Below, one piece after another: positions 61,949-64,000 of a stretch of 64,000 bases of DNA. Each line of letters opens with the position of its first letter. The first letter of the stretch is position 1. The position numbers and the translations under genes are program-made. The notes beneath the pieces were generated by a model. It worked only from the letters and a program-made list of their open reading frames with translations. It was not told where the DNA came from and made no database searches. Source of the DNA: Halocafeteria seosinensis. Taxonomy: Eukaryota. Where the stretch lies: contig LVLI01000140.1 of NCBI GenBank assembly GCA_001687465.1, positions 62,001 through 126,000 on the forward strand, written 5' to 3'.

Positions 61949-63781
61949 ATGAGCCAATGCCACGATCAGCACCTCCATGAGGAAGTCGATGATGAATATT
62001 GGGTTCCTCCTTCGGAATTACCACACACTGGAGACGGACATTCTCCAAGGGAGGATGGGAATGGAACGTCTCCTTCCTTGGCGCAACAAATTGCTGCAAG
62101 TTTTCATACCCCTCACGTGGAAACGCAACAGGACGCTTTGGAGTATTGGAGCGAAGAGGACGAAGAAGATGATTATTTATACTGGGAAGACGATTATGAT
62201 ATTTTCGCATTGGCTGTGAGTGAAGCGCATATGGCTCCAGCGAGTGCAAACAGTACATCTCTACCTCAGCAACAAGGGGATACCAGTGTGGCTCCTGACA
62301 GAAGTGTTAACAGGGAATCCACGAAAACGGCGGCGAAAGAAGGAGGAGGAGGTGTGAATAAACTGAAGAGTGAATGGGATAAGTGGAAAGGAAAGATTAA
62401 TTTAGAAAGCATTCATAAGAAGACAGAGAACAAACCAAAACACACGGGAAAAGATGACCGCGCCACTGTTGAAAACGTCCTAGATCCGCGGACGCGTATG
62501 ATACTATTCCGAATACTTAGTCAGGGAGTGATACGAGAAATTCATGGATGTATCTCAACTGGAAAGGAAGCCAACGTGTATCATGCTCTCTGCGATGCGA
62601 ATAGAGAAACCGGTACTTCAACGGAGTTGGCAATAAAGATTTACAAAACGTCCATTCTCAGTTTCAAAGACAGGGACCGCTATGTTTCCGGAGAATACCG
62701 ATTTCGAAACGGATATAGTAAGCATAATCCGAGAAAAATGGTGAAACTTTGGGCCGAAAAAGAGATGCGGAACCTTAAGAGAATACATGCGGAAGGAATT
62801 CCATGTCCGGCGCCGTTGTTGTTGCGTTCCCATGTACTTCTAATGGACTTTATTGGGAAGGATGGAGTAGGTGCCCCACTACTGAAGGACGCTAAGTTGA
62901 GCTCAGGGAAGTTATCGCAAGCGTATGAACAGTTAATCCGATATATGCGCCGCCTGTATCATAATTGTCACCTTGTTCACGCTGATCTTTCTGAATACAA
63001 TGCCCTTTGGATGGACGGAACGGTTTACTTAATTGATGTAAGTCAAAGCGTGGAAATGGATCATCCGAGAGCTTTGGATTTTCTCCGTATGGATTGTAGA
63101 AACATCACTAACTTCTTTCGAAAGAATCAGTTGTATACTATGTCTCCTAAAGAGTTGTTCGAATTTGTGGTCAATCCTGAGCGATTGACAGATAACCAAG
63201 AAGAGGAATACCTTGCCCGGATGCTGGCAATGGCGCAAGAGCGCGAAGCGAATCGAGACAAAAAAGAGGCGCTTACAGAGTCTACAGATGAAGCTGTTTT
63301 TATGCAATCTTTTATCCCGCAAACCCTGCATCAAATTGAAAACTTTGAAAAGGAACATGAAGACATCAAATCCGGAAACACTGAAGGCATATATCGCCAG
63401 GCTCTAGGGTCCTTGCCTAGTGATTACGAATATCGTACGGAGCAAAAGGAGGAAGGCGTTGTTGGAGCCACTAATAGTTCGATTCAGGCACTTCAGGCTA
63501 CCGGTGGAGTAACTGACCATTCTGAAAATGCAGTATTCGAACGCACGGAACAAAATGAAAACGCCTGTCGTTCTGACGGTGTTGACATACAGGAGACCAG
63601 CAACGTGAGTGGCACCGAGTCAGTTGGTTCAGGGGATAGCGTCCAATTCAGAATAAAGGACGCAACGAAGGAGGAGCGAAAGCAGCACAAGGCAGCTGTG
63701 AAAGCGGACAAGCGTGCTCAGCGTCAGAATAAAATCAAGAAACATATAAAGAAGCGGCATGAAAAAAGCAACAAAAAATGA
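61949..63781 (+). CDS. RIOK1: RIO1 atypical Ser/Thr kinase
   Basis: DRATVENVLDPRTR, ISTGKEANVYHA, KIYKTSILSFKDR, WAEKEMRNL, LVHADLSEYN, IDVSQSVE, Lys-rich C-terminus. Confidence 0.96.
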   Translation: MSQCHDQHLHEEVDDEYWVPPSELPHTGDGHSPREDGNGTSPSLAQQIAASFHTPHVETQQDALEYWSEEDEEDDYLYWEDDYDIFALAVSEAHMAPASANSTSLPQQQGDTSVAPDRSVNRESTKTAAKEGGGGVNKLKSEWDKWKGKINLESIHKKTENKPKHTGKDDRATVENVLDPRTRMILFRILSQGVIREIHGCISTGKEANVYHALCDANRETGTSTELAIKIYKTSILSFKDRDRYVSGEYRFRNGYSKHNPRKMVKLWAEKEMRNLKRIHAEGIPCPAPLLLRSHVLLMDFIGKDGVGAPLLKDAKLSSGKLSQAYEQLIRYMRRLYHNCHLVHADLSEYNALWMDGTVYLIDVSQSVEMDHPRALDFLRMDCRNITNFFRKNQLYTMSPKELFEFVVNPERLTDNQEEEYLARMLAMAQEREANRDKKEALTESTDEAVFMQSFIPQTLHQIENFEKEHEDIKSGNTEGIYRQALGSLPSDYEYRTEQKEEGVVGATNSSIQALQATGGVTDHSENAVFERTEQNENACRSDGVDIQETSNVSGTESVGSGDSVQFRIKDATKEERKQHKAAVKADKRAQRQNKIKKHIKKRHEKSNKK

Positions 63782-63791
63782 TCTAGGCAAG

Positions 63792-63792
<1 letters not shown>

Positions 63793-63825
<33 letters not shown>
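63793..63825. repeat. (TG)16 microsatellite immediately after the RIOK1 stop
   Basis: Direct observation. Confidence 0.95.
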
Positions 63826-63826
<1 letters not shown>

Positions 63827-64000
63827 TACGGATTCTTTCGAGGGCAATGCCGGATCTCTCGGCTGGATCAAGCGACAAATACCGGTATTTCCCGCTGTAC
63901 GAAGCCCATGAGAGCACACTGCGAACAAGACGTTTGATTAAAAGTTTCCAGCATATGAATGGAGGCAAGGCTCTGAGAAGGACCTATGAAACAACGGAGA

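Overview
Eukaryotic nuclear DNA from a compact, gene-dense genome with short (~60-80 nt) canonical GT-AG introns and the standard genetic code (genes end in TAA, TAG and TGA). Gene content suggests, by inference only, a flagellated heterotrophic protist, probably a stramenopile: Rab23, tandem LBP/BPI genes, a 9-TM cadherin-containing protein and an OM47-like barrel. About 20 apparently intact genes were reconstructed by eye: NDUFA9, a ~4,070-aa cadherin/TIG/9-TM surface protein, Rab23, PP2C, TBCA, METTL9, a GLUG-repeat/mucin membrane protein, ADAT1, a GNAT, PDCD4-like, OM47-like, SMYD, an unknown membrane protein, a divergent BUD31, CDC6, two LBP/BPI genes, an AspH-family hydroxylase, a REDIC1/C12orf40-like protein, a RING/UBX-like protein and RIOK1. 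Between them lie decayed copies (two ankyrin fragments, a G-alpha pseudogene, a CRE-like non-LTR retroelement relic) and a ~155-bp duplication containing a micro-inversion. The most notable item is the giant receptor-like protein (Cys-rich repeats, fibrinogen-like insert, ~9-10 cadherin repeats, ~14 IPT/TIG repeats, 9 TM). All family calls are motif recognition from memory; no searches were run, and several start codons are uncertain.
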